Below are positions 8,948 through 17,802 of a DNA stretch of 64,000 bases, one piece after another (position 1 is the first letter of the stretch; each line of letters starts with the position of its first letter). Made by a program: the position numbers and the translations under genes. The notes beneath the pieces were generated by a model. That model made no database searches. It had not been told where the DNA came from and saw only the letters and a program-made list of their open reading frames with translations. The stretch comes from a virus. Its lineage: Duplodnaviria > Heunggongvirae > Uroviricota > Caudoviricetes. The stretch lies in IMG/VR virus record IMGVR_UViG_3300035547_000249, one strand, 5' to 3'.

Positions 8948-9433
8948 ATGGATAGCCGCAGCGATAATATCATGATGACTGACAATTTTGATGAAAACAA
9001 ACAAATTTTCTTTAAAAAGGGTAAAGAGTTTTATAGAAGATATACTTTCAATAAAACGCTACCTAAATTTGGAGATATATCAATAAAAGATTTTACACAG
9101 TTTACTAAAGGATTTGAAAAGGCTAAAGCTAATAGTTTAAGAATGACTGGTCACAGTGAAAAGAGTGTTAGAATATTATCTATTTTAAATTTTGAAGAAA
9201 AAGGCATCATTATAAACTCTTTTTCAAATAAATTGTATCTTATAAGGTCTATTTCTTCAGAAGAAGGTAATCCTATAGAATTAGCAAAATTCATCAGAAA
9301 AAGCTTGGCAAAATCCATTAAAAAAGCACAATTAAAAAGAAATTACTACAGAGATAATACTTTACCTTATGAGGCAACTGAAGAAGGCCCTTATGAGATA
9401 ACCGAAGAAGGAACAATAAAAAGTATATGGTAA
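8948..9433 (+). CDS. NS[IV]W-tail protein, ends …IKSIW
   Basis: Start taken at ATG 8948 in the AATAATATGGATA context shared with other array members. The tracked ORF from 8909 is the same frame. Confidence 0.5.
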   Translation: MDSRSDNIMMTDNFDENKQIFFKKGKEFYRRYTFNKTLPKFGDISIKDFTQFTKGFEKAKANSLRMTGHSEKSVRILSILNFEEKGIIINSFSNKLYLIRSISSEEGNPIELAKFIRKSLAKSIKKAQLKRNYYRDNTLPYEATEEGPYEITEEGTIKSIW

Positions 9434-9460
9434 TATAACTATATACAAAAGGAGGTCACC

Positions 9461-9793
9461 ATGAATTTAGTATTTAGTTCTGTACATGATTGGGAAAATG
9501 ATCCTGCAGTTAAACAAGTTCTTGTTTTTTCATGTAATAAAGCGGTAGATCACTTCAATGAAAAGTATAAAAAGCGGGAAATCGAAACCATACCTGCACT
9601 CAGGTTATCGATAGATAGTGATTGCGGCGCAATATTCAAACTTAGAGCAGTGAAACTGTCTGATGATAAATATATGCCATTATTGAGATGCGGTGTAACT
9701 GGATACCTACTATCACAAAACCACACAGAGTTTGATGATTTTGAAGAAGCCATAGAAGCTGCCAAAGAATTATTGATTAATTATTTAAAATAA
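9461..9793 (+). CDS. hypothetical protein (110 aa)
   Basis: Strong RBS AAGGAGG. Confidence 0.55.
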   Translation: MNLVFSSVHDWENDPAVKQVLVFSCNKAVDHFNEKYKKREIETIPALRLSIDSDCGAIFKLRAVKLSDDKYMPLLRCGVTGYLLSQNHTEFDDFEEAIEAAKELLINYLK

Positions 9794-9820
9794 AAACCAA
9801 CAATACAGGAGATAAGAAAA

Positions 9821-10507
9821 ATGAGTTTATATCAATGTAGTAAATGTAATGAATTTTATACTAAATCAGCAGTTCAAGAAAACTATGACATAGATATGGC
9901 TAAGAAATATCAAACCAGTGTCTCAGTAATAATTTGTTCTTGTGGAGCAAAACATGTTTGTGGTTATGAGAAAATGGAAGATGGTTATTATAGTTGGGGA
10001 AATTCATATAATAACTACAACGGTGATAAGAACAATTTATTAAGATTTAAGGCAATTATGTTAAAAGAAGTAGGAGAAAATGATTTTCATACAGCAAAAA
10101 CAATAGAAGGGAGTATATATGACCCAAAAAGAAAAAGTAGGCCCCTATTCTTGTCTATTGATACAGATAAGTATATATTAAATAATACTGTTGAATGTTA
10201 TAACACAAGAGACGTAATGGAAAGCTTTGGACTAGGTCAAATAAGAATTGGTAACATTCATAAAATGGTGGCGTGTTCTATTAAGAACAGTATACAGTTT
10301 CGTTTTGCTAAACGTGTGATAGCCATAGACAACGAGACTTGGGGAACACGCAACATTAAAGCTGACCACGACAAATTATTTGTATTTATTATGCACAACA
10401 TATTTCCATCAAAAGTGCCAGAATATAGAATGGAAAAATTATGGAAAGAGGTAGATGGTATGAAAAAAATAAATGCTAACACAAAAAATCAAAATGATAT
10501 TAAATAA
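9821..10507 (+). CDS. hypothetical protein with an N-terminal CxxC…CxC zinc-ribbon-like motif
   Basis: RBS AGGAG; N-terminus CSKCNEF…CSCGAKHVC. Confidence 0.5.
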   Translation: MSLYQCSKCNEFYTKSAVQENYDIDMAKKYQTSVSVIICSCGAKHVCGYEKMEDGYYSWGNSYNNYNGDKNNLLRFKAIMLKEVGENDFHTAKTIEGSIYDPKRKSRPLFLSIDTDKYILNNTVECYNTRDVMESFGLGQIRIGNIHKMVACSIKNSIQFRFAKRVIAIDNETWGTRNIKADHDKLFVFIMHNIFPSKVPEYRMEKLWKEVDGMKKINANTKNQNDIK

Positions 10508-10519
10508 GGAGTAAAAAAA

Positions 10520-11038
10520 ATGAAAAATAAAAGTATTATTATAATTTTAATCGTAGGATTGTCCTTGTTGTTTACAACAGCTTATGCCAACACAACAGAG
10601 GATAATACCGTAGCAGAAAACGTAAGCGACATTAGTAAAAGTGTGGCTACCAAGATAGGAGAAGTCGCAAAAGTTCTAAATGTGGAAGTAAATGAATTTG
10701 TAAAGAGTCCGGTAGGCTTAGGGGCATCGATACTTATCATATACAAACTTATTGGCGATGAAGCCATCGGTGCAATTAAGATGATCATATGGGTGCCGAT
10801 ATATTTAATACTGGTGTTTTCAATTGGAATGATGGCAAAAACAGTTTATGTAGGAAAGAAAATAGCATTCACTGCTAAAAGTTATATTCGTGACGGCACA
10901 GAATATAAAGACGTTACTGGAAAAAAGTATACTGAACCGTTGGTAAAAATAGATAGCGAAGCAGGATTTCTTACAGCTGTAGGTTTTATTATTGTACTAT
11001 CCATATTATCCATTCCAACATTTATAATGTTTGCATGA
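10520..11038 (+). CDS. membrane/secreted protein (signal peptide plus C-terminal TM segments)
   Basis: RBS AAGGAG; hydrophobic N-terminus and two C-terminal hydrophobic stretches. Confidence 0.5.
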   Translation: MKNKSIIIILIVGLSLLFTTAYANTTEDNTVAENVSDISKSVATKIGEVAKVLNVEVNEFVKSPVGLGASILIIYKLIGDEAIGAIKMIIWVPIYLILVFSIGMMAKTVYVGKKIAFTAKSYIRDGTEYKDVTGKKYTEPLVKIDSEAGFLTAVGFIIVLSILSIPTFIMFA

Positions 11039-11046
11039 TAAATAAA

Positions 11047-11244
11047 AGTGTCGGTAGCTCAAACGGATAGAGCGCACGTAAAACGGAACGTGTAAGGAGT
11101 AAAATCCGGCAATGAAACAATATTTTGTATGGTTGCAGAAGCACCGAACCTGCCAGTAAGGGCTTAGTAGGGAAGCGCGTTTCCAAGAAATATTGTACTT
11201 GGGAGTAATGCCCCAAGCAATTGCTTTGTGGGTTCGAGTCCCAC
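11047..11244 (+). tRNA. Non-canonical tRNA-like gene. It has a perfect 7-bp acceptor stem (GTGTCGG/CCGACAC), a D arm (GCTC-AAACGGATA-GAGC) and a T arm (GTGGG-TTCGAGT-CCCAC), but carries about 140 nt inserted between the anticodon-arm region and the T arm
   Basis: Base pairing read directly. The region is locally GC-rich (about 50%) against a 30% background. Two internal hairpins have 8-nt loops and no U33-like anticodon loop. No 3'-CCA is encoded. The anticodon is indeterminate. Confidence 0.5.
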
Positions 11245-11267
11245 CCGACACACAAATAACATAAGGA

Positions 11268-11975
11268 ATGATTATGATAGTAATGATTGAAGTCACAAGA
11301 CAATGCAACCTTAAGTGTGATCATTGTTTAAGAGGTAAGCAAGAAAATATATCAATAAACCCTTATGATGTTGATACTCTATTCTCACAAATTAAATATA
11401 TTGAAGTACTGGTATTAACGGGAGGAGAGCCAGCACTGCACCCACATAGGATAAGAGCTATAACATCTATAGCTAGAAGGAAAGGGGTCACAATAAATAA
11501 CTTCTATATTTCTACGAATGGCACAATATCAACAAATGATTTTCTGAGTAGTATATTCGACTTGTGGATGTATTGTAGCGTTAATGATGAATCATGTCTA
11601 GAGATATCTAATGATGTGTTCCATGATATGAAAAAGATACATCAAAACATTGGCAGATTGTCTGTATTTTCATTTACCAGATTCAGGTATAGACCAAACG
11701 AATTTGAATTGTCAGATAAATTTCCGGGGTATGTTTATGATTATGAAGGTAAAAAGGATATCATAAGCGAAGGAAGAGGAAAAAAGTATAATGACTTCCA
11801 AATACCAGTACCAAACTTCAAGAGAACAATTGAAAGAGGGGAATCTTTTGATATATATTTAAACAGTAAGGGTAATATAGTTCTTGGGTGCGATTGGTCG
11901 TATGAAACACAGGATAAAAACTACTTATGTCATGTATCAGAGTTAAGGTCATACTTGGAAAGACAGAAAAAATGA
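11268..11975 (+). CDS. radical SAM enzyme (CNLKCDHC = CxxxCxxC)
   Basis: N-terminal …TRQCNLKCDHCLRG… and a glycine-rich …VLTGGEPALHP… SAM-binding motif. Confidence 0.7.
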   Translation: MIMIVMIEVTRQCNLKCDHCLRGKQENISINPYDVDTLFSQIKYIEVLVLTGGEPALHPHRIRAITSIARRKGVTINNFYISTNGTISTNDFLSSIFDLWMYCSVNDESCLEISNDVFHDMKKIHQNIGRLSVFSFTRFRYRPNEFELSDKFPGYVYDYEGKKDIISEGRGKKYNDFQIPVPNFKRTIERGESFDIYLNSKGNIVLGCDWSYETQDKNYLCHVSELRSYLERQKK

Positions 11976-12826
11976 AAACAAAATGCAATTGTTGTGACGG
12001 TATTTATAATTCTTTTGATGTACATTTTACCAGTGCTTGTGATAATAAATGTGCCCATTGTGTTGATCTTTGTTATAATGGTTTAGGAATTAATAAACCA
12101 GATATTAGTGCAATTATTAATACAATTATAGAAAATGAAGACGGTGTTGATGATGTTCTTTTTCTGGGTGGAGAACCTTGTTTATACTTAAATGAATTAA
12201 TATCGTGTATAATTCAAATAAAAAAGAAAACAAATCTTAAGGTGTATGTAACAACCTCTATACCAAAGACCTGTTATACTGATAGAAATAAATTCATCAG
12301 ATTAATAGAAGAGGTAGATGGAATCAATCTATCTGTACAACACTATCGAGAGGATATAGCAGATCAGATAAGAAGAACAGTTTCAAAGTATGACAGACAA
12401 AGTTTCTATTCAGGTCTTCCTCACAAAGAAAAGATCAGAATCAATATAAATATTGTTAAACCCTTTCTTTATACTAAAAGAGATATATCTAATTGTTTAA
12501 GGCATTATGATAAAATGGGGTTTAATTCAATAAAGCTATCAGAGATACAACACGGAAAGGATGTGTATGTATCATTCTGTGATATTTTTGGTATAAAAAT
12601 GGGGTCTGCTTATTCTAATGGGTGTCAATCTTATTTAGAGATGGATAAAATATTGCCCGGATTTGTGACACCGGTATTGCTTAAGAGATCTTGTTTTTTG
12701 TGTGAAGACAGTCTAAAAGCATCAATTTTCGATGGTATTAAAATGTTATCAAAATTAATTAATACACCAGATAACAAATATGGTGTAATATATGAAAATG
12801 GACAATTAATGAAAGGATGGATATAA
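11972..12826 (+). CDS. radical SAM enzyme (CDNKCAHC)
   Basis: Start taken at ATG 11972 overlapping the upstream stop (ATGA). Motifs …FTSACDNKCAHCVD… and …LFLGGEPCLY…. Confidence 0.65.
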   Translation: MKTKCNCCDGIYNSFDVHFTSACDNKCAHCVDLCYNGLGINKPDISAIINTIIENEDGVDDVLFLGGEPCLYLNELISCIIQIKKKTNLKVYVTTSIPKTCYTDRNKFIRLIEEVDGINLSVQHYREDIADQIRRTVSKYDRQSFYSGLPHKEKIRININIVKPFLYTKRDISNCLRHYDKMGFNSIKLSEIQHGKDVYVSFCDIFGIKMGSAYSNGCQSYLEMDKILPGFVTPVLLKRSCFLCEDSLKASIFDGIKMLSKLINTPDNKYGVIYENGQLMKGWI

Positions 12827-12869
12827 ATGTTTACTACACTTTTGAGAAAATTAAATAAGTTTTTGATTA

Positions 12870-13391
12870 TTGTATCAGGGCATTGCGGATCTGGGCATTG
12901 CTCATAAAAAAAAGAAACATCTCATGGATTTAAAAGATAAAATAGAAAAAATTATACAGATTGAAACGAATGTAATAAAGGAAGCCGCCAAACAAATAAT
13001 TAAGTATTGTGAAGAAGATGAAAGTATAAATGAATTTGTTGAAATAATTACTGACACCAAAGAATATGGTGAAAGTTTTTATGAATACAAACGAAGTTTC
13101 CTAAACATGGTTCTTTATAAACTTGGCTACCAGTTCCACATAAATGAATTCCATGATACTGATTCGCTTAGCAATCTAGCATCTTTTATAGGAAATTATT
13201 GTTATGATGACGCTTATTATGTTATATACGATGATGATTATTTCTATGGCGGAATAAAACATCCTGATAATGATGATGAAAAACAGCTTCAGGGGGTAGA
13301 ACATCTATTAAAATTAGCAGAAAAGAAAGCAAAAAGAGAAATAGAAAGATTTAACAAACTTAGAAATCTACTTAATAACGAGGAGAAGTAA
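12870..13391 (+). CDS. hypothetical acidic protein
   Basis: ORF only. The start is uncertain; the alternative ATG at 12924 is in frame. Confidence 0.4.
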   Translation: MYQGIADLGIAHKKKKHLMDLKDKIEKIIQIETNVIKEAAKQIIKYCEEDESINEFVEIITDTKEYGESFYEYKRSFLNMVLYKLGYQFHINEFHDTDSLSNLASFIGNYCYDDAYYVIYDDDYFYGGIKHPDNDDEKQLQGVEHLLKLAEKKAKREIERFNKLRNLLNNEEK

Positions 13392-13392
13392 A

Positions 13393-14355
13393 GTGAAAAT
13401 AAAAGACGTATTGTATCTTCCAAGTGGCAGGGTCTTTATCCAGGAAATGCATGATGGCTACATCATAGAATCAACGGAAATGAGAGATGTAGCTGTAGAT
13501 GGTAAGTTACATGCAGAAGTAAGAGAAACACAAAATCCTCAGAAAGTATGGAAACATCTTGTGCCATACGAGAAGAAATGGTTATTAACAGTTAGCACAC
13601 AAAAGGGCTGTGTACATAACTGTAAATTCTGTGATGTTGCCAACCTACCCTTTAAAGGAAATCTGGAACAACATGAAATTGAAAAACAGGTATTTAACCT
13701 GTTAACATCAAGCCCATATGTAACAAAAAGCAATAAAGTTAAAATTGGGTTCGCAAGAATGGGAGAGCCTGCATGGAATATTGAAAATGTTCTTGGTGCT
13801 ATGAAGAATCTTCCTTCAATATCTGATTTAATGGGAATGAGTTTTAAATGGCTGCCCTGCTTTAACAGTATATTGCCAAGAAAAGCCAATGTTTTGGAAG
13901 AAGTGATAGATTTTAAAGAAAGCGTTTATGATGGTGTGTTGCATTTTCAAATATCCTGTAATTCAACAAACGAAGAAAAGAGACAGGAGCTTTTTGGCGG
14001 GGCTGATGTTCTTTCGCTAGATGAAATAATTCCAATAGTAAATAAGCAAAAAATTACAAACAGAACTATTACCCTTAACTTTATTGTTATGAAAGGGGTA
14101 GAAGTTTCAGTAGAAAAACTCAGAAAAATGGGCTTAAACGGAGATAAGTTCACAGTAAAATTAATACCACTCAACAACACAAAAAACGCAGAAAACAATG
14201 AACTCGAAACATTCGCTAACTATTCAAATTACGAAGATTTAATTAAGTTAGGCGAAGAATTCAATAAAAACGGTGTTCCTGTAGTAATTGACGCAATAGC
14301 TAAATGCGAGGAGGCTGGATTATGCTGCGGACAACTTGCCCAAATATATCTGTAA
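13393..14355 (+). CDS. radical SAM enzyme with an RlmN/Cfr-like cluster motif (…VSTQKGCVHNCKFCDVANLPFKGNL…)
   Basis: GTG start after AGGAGAAG. The motif closely parallels the RlmN/Cfr …SSQVGCxxxCxFC…G(F/L)xRNL… segment. At 320 aa the protein is shorter than RlmN. Confidence 0.6.
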   Translation: MKIKDVLYLPSGRVFIQEMHDGYIIESTEMRDVAVDGKLHAEVRETQNPQKVWKHLVPYEKKWLLTVSTQKGCVHNCKFCDVANLPFKGNLEQHEIEKQVFNLLTSSPYVTKSNKVKIGFARMGEPAWNIENVLGAMKNLPSISDLMGMSFKWLPCFNSILPRKANVLEEVIDFKESVYDGVLHFQISCNSTNEEKRQELFGGADVLSLDEIIPIVNKQKITNRTITLNFIVMKGVEVSVEKLRKMGLNGDKFTVKLIPLNNTKNAENNELETFANYSNYEDLIKLGEEFNKNGVPVVIDAIAKCEEAGLCCGQLAQIYL

Positions 14356-14951
14356 TAACTAATTTCGGGTGTCGTGCTAATTGTTGGTACTGTATTTGGA
14401 AAGGTCACAAACTGCAGAATATAAATGACCCAACTGATTGGGTAAAACTAAGAAAATTCCTTCATGATAATAAGAGCAAGGGCAAGGTTTCAGTATCAGG
14501 AGGAGGCGATTGTTTGTATAGATTTGATGAGTATTATGAATGGTGGGTAAATTTCTTTAAAATTACTCGCGAATTGAATATGTTGGTTGATATACATTCA
14601 AGGGAAAAATTTCTAAATAGTTTATTCTGGAAAGGCAGCGTCAACAGAAGTGTTTTTTCAAGCGATAGGTTGGAGGATGATGTAGATTATTTGCGTTATT
14701 TAAGAAAGTTTACGCAAGTTAGAATAACTCATTTAGTCACATTTGATACTACATTTAACATGATAGACGACTATTTAAAATTTCAGAAAGAAATAGATTG
14801 TCAGTTCACTATTAAAGAATTAATAGGGTATGATGATGGAGGTATGTATAAGAAAATAAGGGAAAAGTATCCAGATATATATCATTTGGATGAAGGTGAC
14901 TATAATATATACTATATGCCAAACAACACAGTAACCGACAGTTTTCTTTAA
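14322..14951 (+). CDS. small radical SAM enzyme (…GCRANCWYC…; …VSVSGGGDCLY…)
   Basis: Start taken at ATG 14322 after GAGGAGG. CxxxCxxC plus a glycine-rich SAM motif. Similar in size to QueE or activase-type radical SAM proteins. Confidence 0.6.
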   Translation: MLRTTCPNISVITNFGCRANCWYCIWKGHKLQNINDPTDWVKLRKFLHDNKSKGKVSVSGGGDCLYRFDEYYEWWVNFFKITRELNMLVDIHSREKFLNSLFWKGSVNRSVFSSDRLEDDVDYLRYLRKFTQVRITHLVTFDTTFNMIDDYLKFQKEIDCQFTIKELIGYDDGGMYKKIREKYPDIYHLDEGDYNIYYMPNNTVTDSFL

Positions 14952-14981
14952 AGGAACTAAGCAAATACGGAGAATAAAAGA

Positions 14982-15260
14982 ATGGATAATCAACCAAATA
15001 TTAAAATAAATAACTTCAATTACAGAACTTGTATGGGAAAAGCTGCAGGACAACTTACAGCACAGTTACCATTTCTATCTAAAGAAGAGCATAAAGAGAT
15101 GGACCTTATAGGATATACAGGAAAAAATTCTTCAGGCGTAAGAACATCGTTTGAAAAATATTTAAATACATTAGGTAAAGGTAAATTTAGTGTAGTACAA
15201 ACTAAATTTGGCTCAGACGACTTCATAGAAAAATACATGATAACCAGGGCCTGGGCATAA
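14982..15260 (+). CDS. hypothetical protein
   Basis: RBS ACGGAGAA; ORF only. Confidence 0.45.
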   Translation: MDNQPNIKINNFNYRTCMGKAAGQLTAQLPFLSKEEHKEMDLIGYTGKNSSGVRTSFEKYLNTLGKGKFSVVQTKFGSDDFIEKYMITRAWA

Positions 15261-15283
15261 TTAATATAAAAGGGACACATATA

Positions 15284-15493
15284 ATGAGTGATAAAAATTC
15301 AAAATTTGTAGTGCTTGAAGGATTAGAACATGGAAATGTGTTTTATACAAGCAATGATTCCAACGAACCTGAACCAGAAAAAGTAAAATCTGCCCATGGC
15401 GATGTCTGGTATAAGATAGTTGGTTATGCTGATACCAGCAAAGAAGCACTGAGTAAAATAAACAAGAGAATATCAAAAAGTATGTTCTTTTAA
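15284..15493 (+). CDS. hypothetical protein
   Basis: ORF only. Confidence 0.4.
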   Translation: MSDKNSKFVVLEGLEHGNVFYTSNDSNEPEPEKVKSAHGDVWYKIVGYADTSKEALSKINKRISKSMFF

Positions 15494-15546
15494 TCAATAA
15501 GAAAGGAAAATAAAATAAATAATAATACTGAAATAATGAGGTAGAA

Positions 15547-15699
15547 ATGGAACATATTTGTAAAAATTGTAAGGAAGAAGAGTATAAATTAATTTGTGGA
15601 GAAGTTATAGGTAGATGCAAAGAATGTGTCTGTTATACGCAAAATGAAAAAGACTTGGACTATTTCGTAGCAAAAGAACCTATTATAAAAAATAGGTGA
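15547..15699 (+). CDS. small zinc-ribbon protein (CxxC…CxxC), 50 aa
   Basis: Translated by eye: MEHICKNCKEEEYKLICGEVIGRCKECVCY…; RBS GAGGTAG. It is below the ORF-track size cutoff. Confidence 0.4.
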   Translation: MEHICKNCKEEEYKLICGEVIGRCKECVCYTQNEKDLDYFVAKEPIIKNR

Positions 15700-15754
15700 C
15701 TAAAGCTATAATAGAAAGATTCAACAAATTAAGAGAACTAGTTAGGAGTTTGAA

Positions 15755-16033
15755 ATGAATATGGATATGAATATAGTAGAAAAAATAATTTATGGCGACA
15801 TCAATGAAACACCTCTCAAAACACTGGGCGGGCACTATAGAGAAAACATGTTGTATGATGACGAGCAGACGCTAAGGTTACACATTGCCGCAACAGTAAA
15901 GAAAATGACAGATAAAATCATATCAATAATAGAAACAGCCCAAGGAAAAGATAGAACAAAAAGGGATCTTACGGATCTGTCAATCAACTATAATGCTTTA
16001 AGAGATGTTGTAAAAGTAATAAATAAACAATAA
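15755..16033 (+). CDS. hypothetical protein
   Basis: RBS AGGAG; ORF only. Confidence 0.45.
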   Translation: MNMDMNIVEKIIYGDINETPLKTLGGHYRENMLYDDEQTLRLHIAATVKKMTDKIISIIETAQGKDRTKRDLTDLSINYNALRDVVKVINKQ

Positions 16034-16053
16034 AAAATAGGATAATATTAAGT

Positions 16054-16305
16054 ATGTATAAAAAATTCTATAGAGAGGATTATGAATCTCTGAATGATAT
16101 GGGAAACCAGGCAGATAAAGAAATTTACGATGCTTTGGAGCCCATCATTAAAAAATGGGTAGATGCTAACTATTCTACTATCGAACTGGAAAGTCTAATT
16201 GGTGGTACTGTTAGTTGTATTATTTTGTCAAGCAGACTTTCAAGGGCTTGTAATCTTTCTAAATTAAGAAGAAAGAAAAAAAACAATAGGGGAGGTATAA
16301 AATGA
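16054..16305 (+). CDS. hypothetical protein
   Basis: ORF only. Confidence 0.4.
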   Translation: MYKKFYREDYESLNDMGNQADKEIYDALEPIIKKWVDANYSTIELESLIGGTVSCIILSSRLSRACNLSKLRRKKKNNRGGIK

Positions 16306-16544
16306 AAAACTTTTTTAGAACATTAAAAATGGAACTGTGTTTTTTCATCAAGGGGTATCTTCACGTTATATTCGTTTTATTAGCAGTACCGATTGGGGTA
16401 TGGACACCATATTTCTTTCACAAAATATTTAACCTTGATATAAATTGTGATTATGGCATATTCTTGGCAATTACTTATACCTGGTTTTGGGTAGCATATG
16501 TCTTTATTATTTCAAAGATAGCAAATAGTATAAGAGAGAGATAA
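16302..16544 (+). CDS. small membrane protein
   Basis: RBS GGGAGG; the start overlaps the upstream stop (ATGA); two TM segments. Confidence 0.45.
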   Translation: MKNFFRTLKMELCFFIKGYLHVIFVLLAVPIGVWTPYFFHKIFNLDINCDYGIFLAITYTWFWVAYVFIISKIANSIRER

Positions 16545-16547
16545 ATT

Positions 16548-16787
16548 ATGGAAAAGTTATTGATAGAAGGAAAAGAAGTTGAAGTTAGCAAAACATTAAG
16601 TGCTACGGTGGGAGAGTATGTAGTATTCGGTGGAAGATTACTCCGCTGCACTGGCAGCGAAGGTTATGGTAGGGACTTTTCTCTAAAATTAGAAAAAGAG
16701 TCCACCGGCGAAACCGTCTGGGTTAAAAGACCTTGGACGAGATATGTTAGACCAATAATGAGACCAAAAGGATATATTAAAACATGA
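16548..16787 (+). CDS. hypothetical protein
   Basis: ORF only. Confidence 0.4.
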   Translation: MEKLLIEGKEVEVSKTLSATVGEYVVFGGRLLRCTGSEGYGRDFSLKLEKESTGETVWVKRPWTRYVRPIMRPKGYIKT

Positions 16788-16951
16788 AAAAATTATTCTT
16801 AATATCTGTGTGTTTTATATTGTTAAAGTTATTTGGTATCATTAATTCGCCATGGTGGATAGTATTTCTTCCAATATGGGCAATAATTATACCAGTAATA
16901 ATTTATTCAATAGGAATTGTTCTTTACCTAGACACAGGAGACAACCCATGA
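16784..16951 (+). CDS. small membrane protein (55 aa)
   Basis: Translated by eye: MKKLFLISVCFILLKLFGIINSPWWIVFLPIW…; ATGA overlaps on both ends. Confidence 0.35.
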   Translation: MKKLFLISVCFILLKLFGIINSPWWIVFLPIWAIIIPVIIYSIGIVLYLDTGDNP

Positions 16952-17457
16952 CACCTGAATACATAACAGCAGCAGCAGTTAAAAGAAATGATGGAGTAAT
17001 AGTTGAGGATAAAGACCACTCAAGATGTATAAACAAATCACCAAAAGGTACTTGCGTCGGAAAGACTGTTGAGCAGGGTTTCATGACATCTGAAGGAAGG
17101 TTTGTAAACAGAAGAGAGGCGGGAAAGATAGCTTTTTGTGAAAAACAGATTAAAAATGATCCCAAAGGCGGTGTTATATTTTCTGAAGAAATATGGGTAA
17201 CAGGAAATTGTAAATGGTCAGACACTTCTAAAAAATACATATTTACCAAAAACATTGATCTTATAGAGTGGTTTGATCCGTATAACGAAAAACATATAAC
17301 CGCCTACAAACACTTGAACAAACACGGAGTGTGGCCCAAGGGATTTATACCAGAATATGTAACTGTAGAACCAAATTGGAACTTGCTAATTATTAATAAA
17401 TTGGCAGACTGTTGGATTAAGCATTTTGATTTTACAAATTTTATAAAAGGAAATTGA
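16948..17457 (+). CDS. hypothetical protein
   Basis: Start taken at ATG 16948 after GGAGACAACCC. The tracked ORF from 16852 lacks an RBS and overlaps the small membrane ORF. Confidence 0.45.
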   Translation: MTPEYITAAAVKRNDGVIVEDKDHSRCINKSPKGTCVGKTVEQGFMTSEGRFVNRREAGKIAFCEKQIKNDPKGGVIFSEEIWVTGNCKWSDTSKKYIFTKNIDLIEWFDPYNEKHITAYKHLNKHGVWPKGFIPEYVTVEPNWNLLIINKLADCWIKHFDFTNFIKGN

Positions 17458-17786
17458 CCATGTTTCAATTTAAAGCAGAACCAGGACCGCACGATGGTCA
17501 AATGTGTATTCAAATTAGAAATCCGCCAGAAGAAATAAGAGAAATAGTGAAAATCATAGTTGGATGTAGTTGGATAGACTCAAAAGAATATAAAGTGTCT
17601 CGAAAAGCTGGAGCCTTTCTTCAGTGTGACTATAAGGATTATATACTTGTTGAGTTTTGGAAAAAGGATTATCAGGACTTTATTAATTTTGTAAATACAC
17701 AATTAAAGAGGTTGACTGAATGCCCCAATTGTGGAAAGAAAACATTGCCTGGTATATATTGTATGAAATGTTTTAATAACTTTTGA
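17454..17786 (+). CDS. hypothetical protein with a C-terminal zinc ribbon (CPNCG…CMKC)
   Basis: Cys motifs; the start overlaps the upstream stop. Confidence 0.45.
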   Translation: MTMFQFKAEPGPHDGQMCIQIRNPPEEIREIVKIIVGCSWIDSKEYKVSRKAGAFLQCDYKDYILVEFWKKDYQDFINFVNTQLKRLTECPNCGKKTLPGIYCMKCFNNF

Positions 17787-17802
17787 AAGAAGAATATATT
17801 AA

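Noticed and set aside
11092-11231. Group I intron inside the tRNA-like gene
   Set aside because: The insertion is only about 140 nt. The weak P/Q/R/S-like matches are out of order, and the insertion is not in the anticodon loop. I could not support an intron call by eye, so the element is left as a non-canonical tRNA-like RNA.
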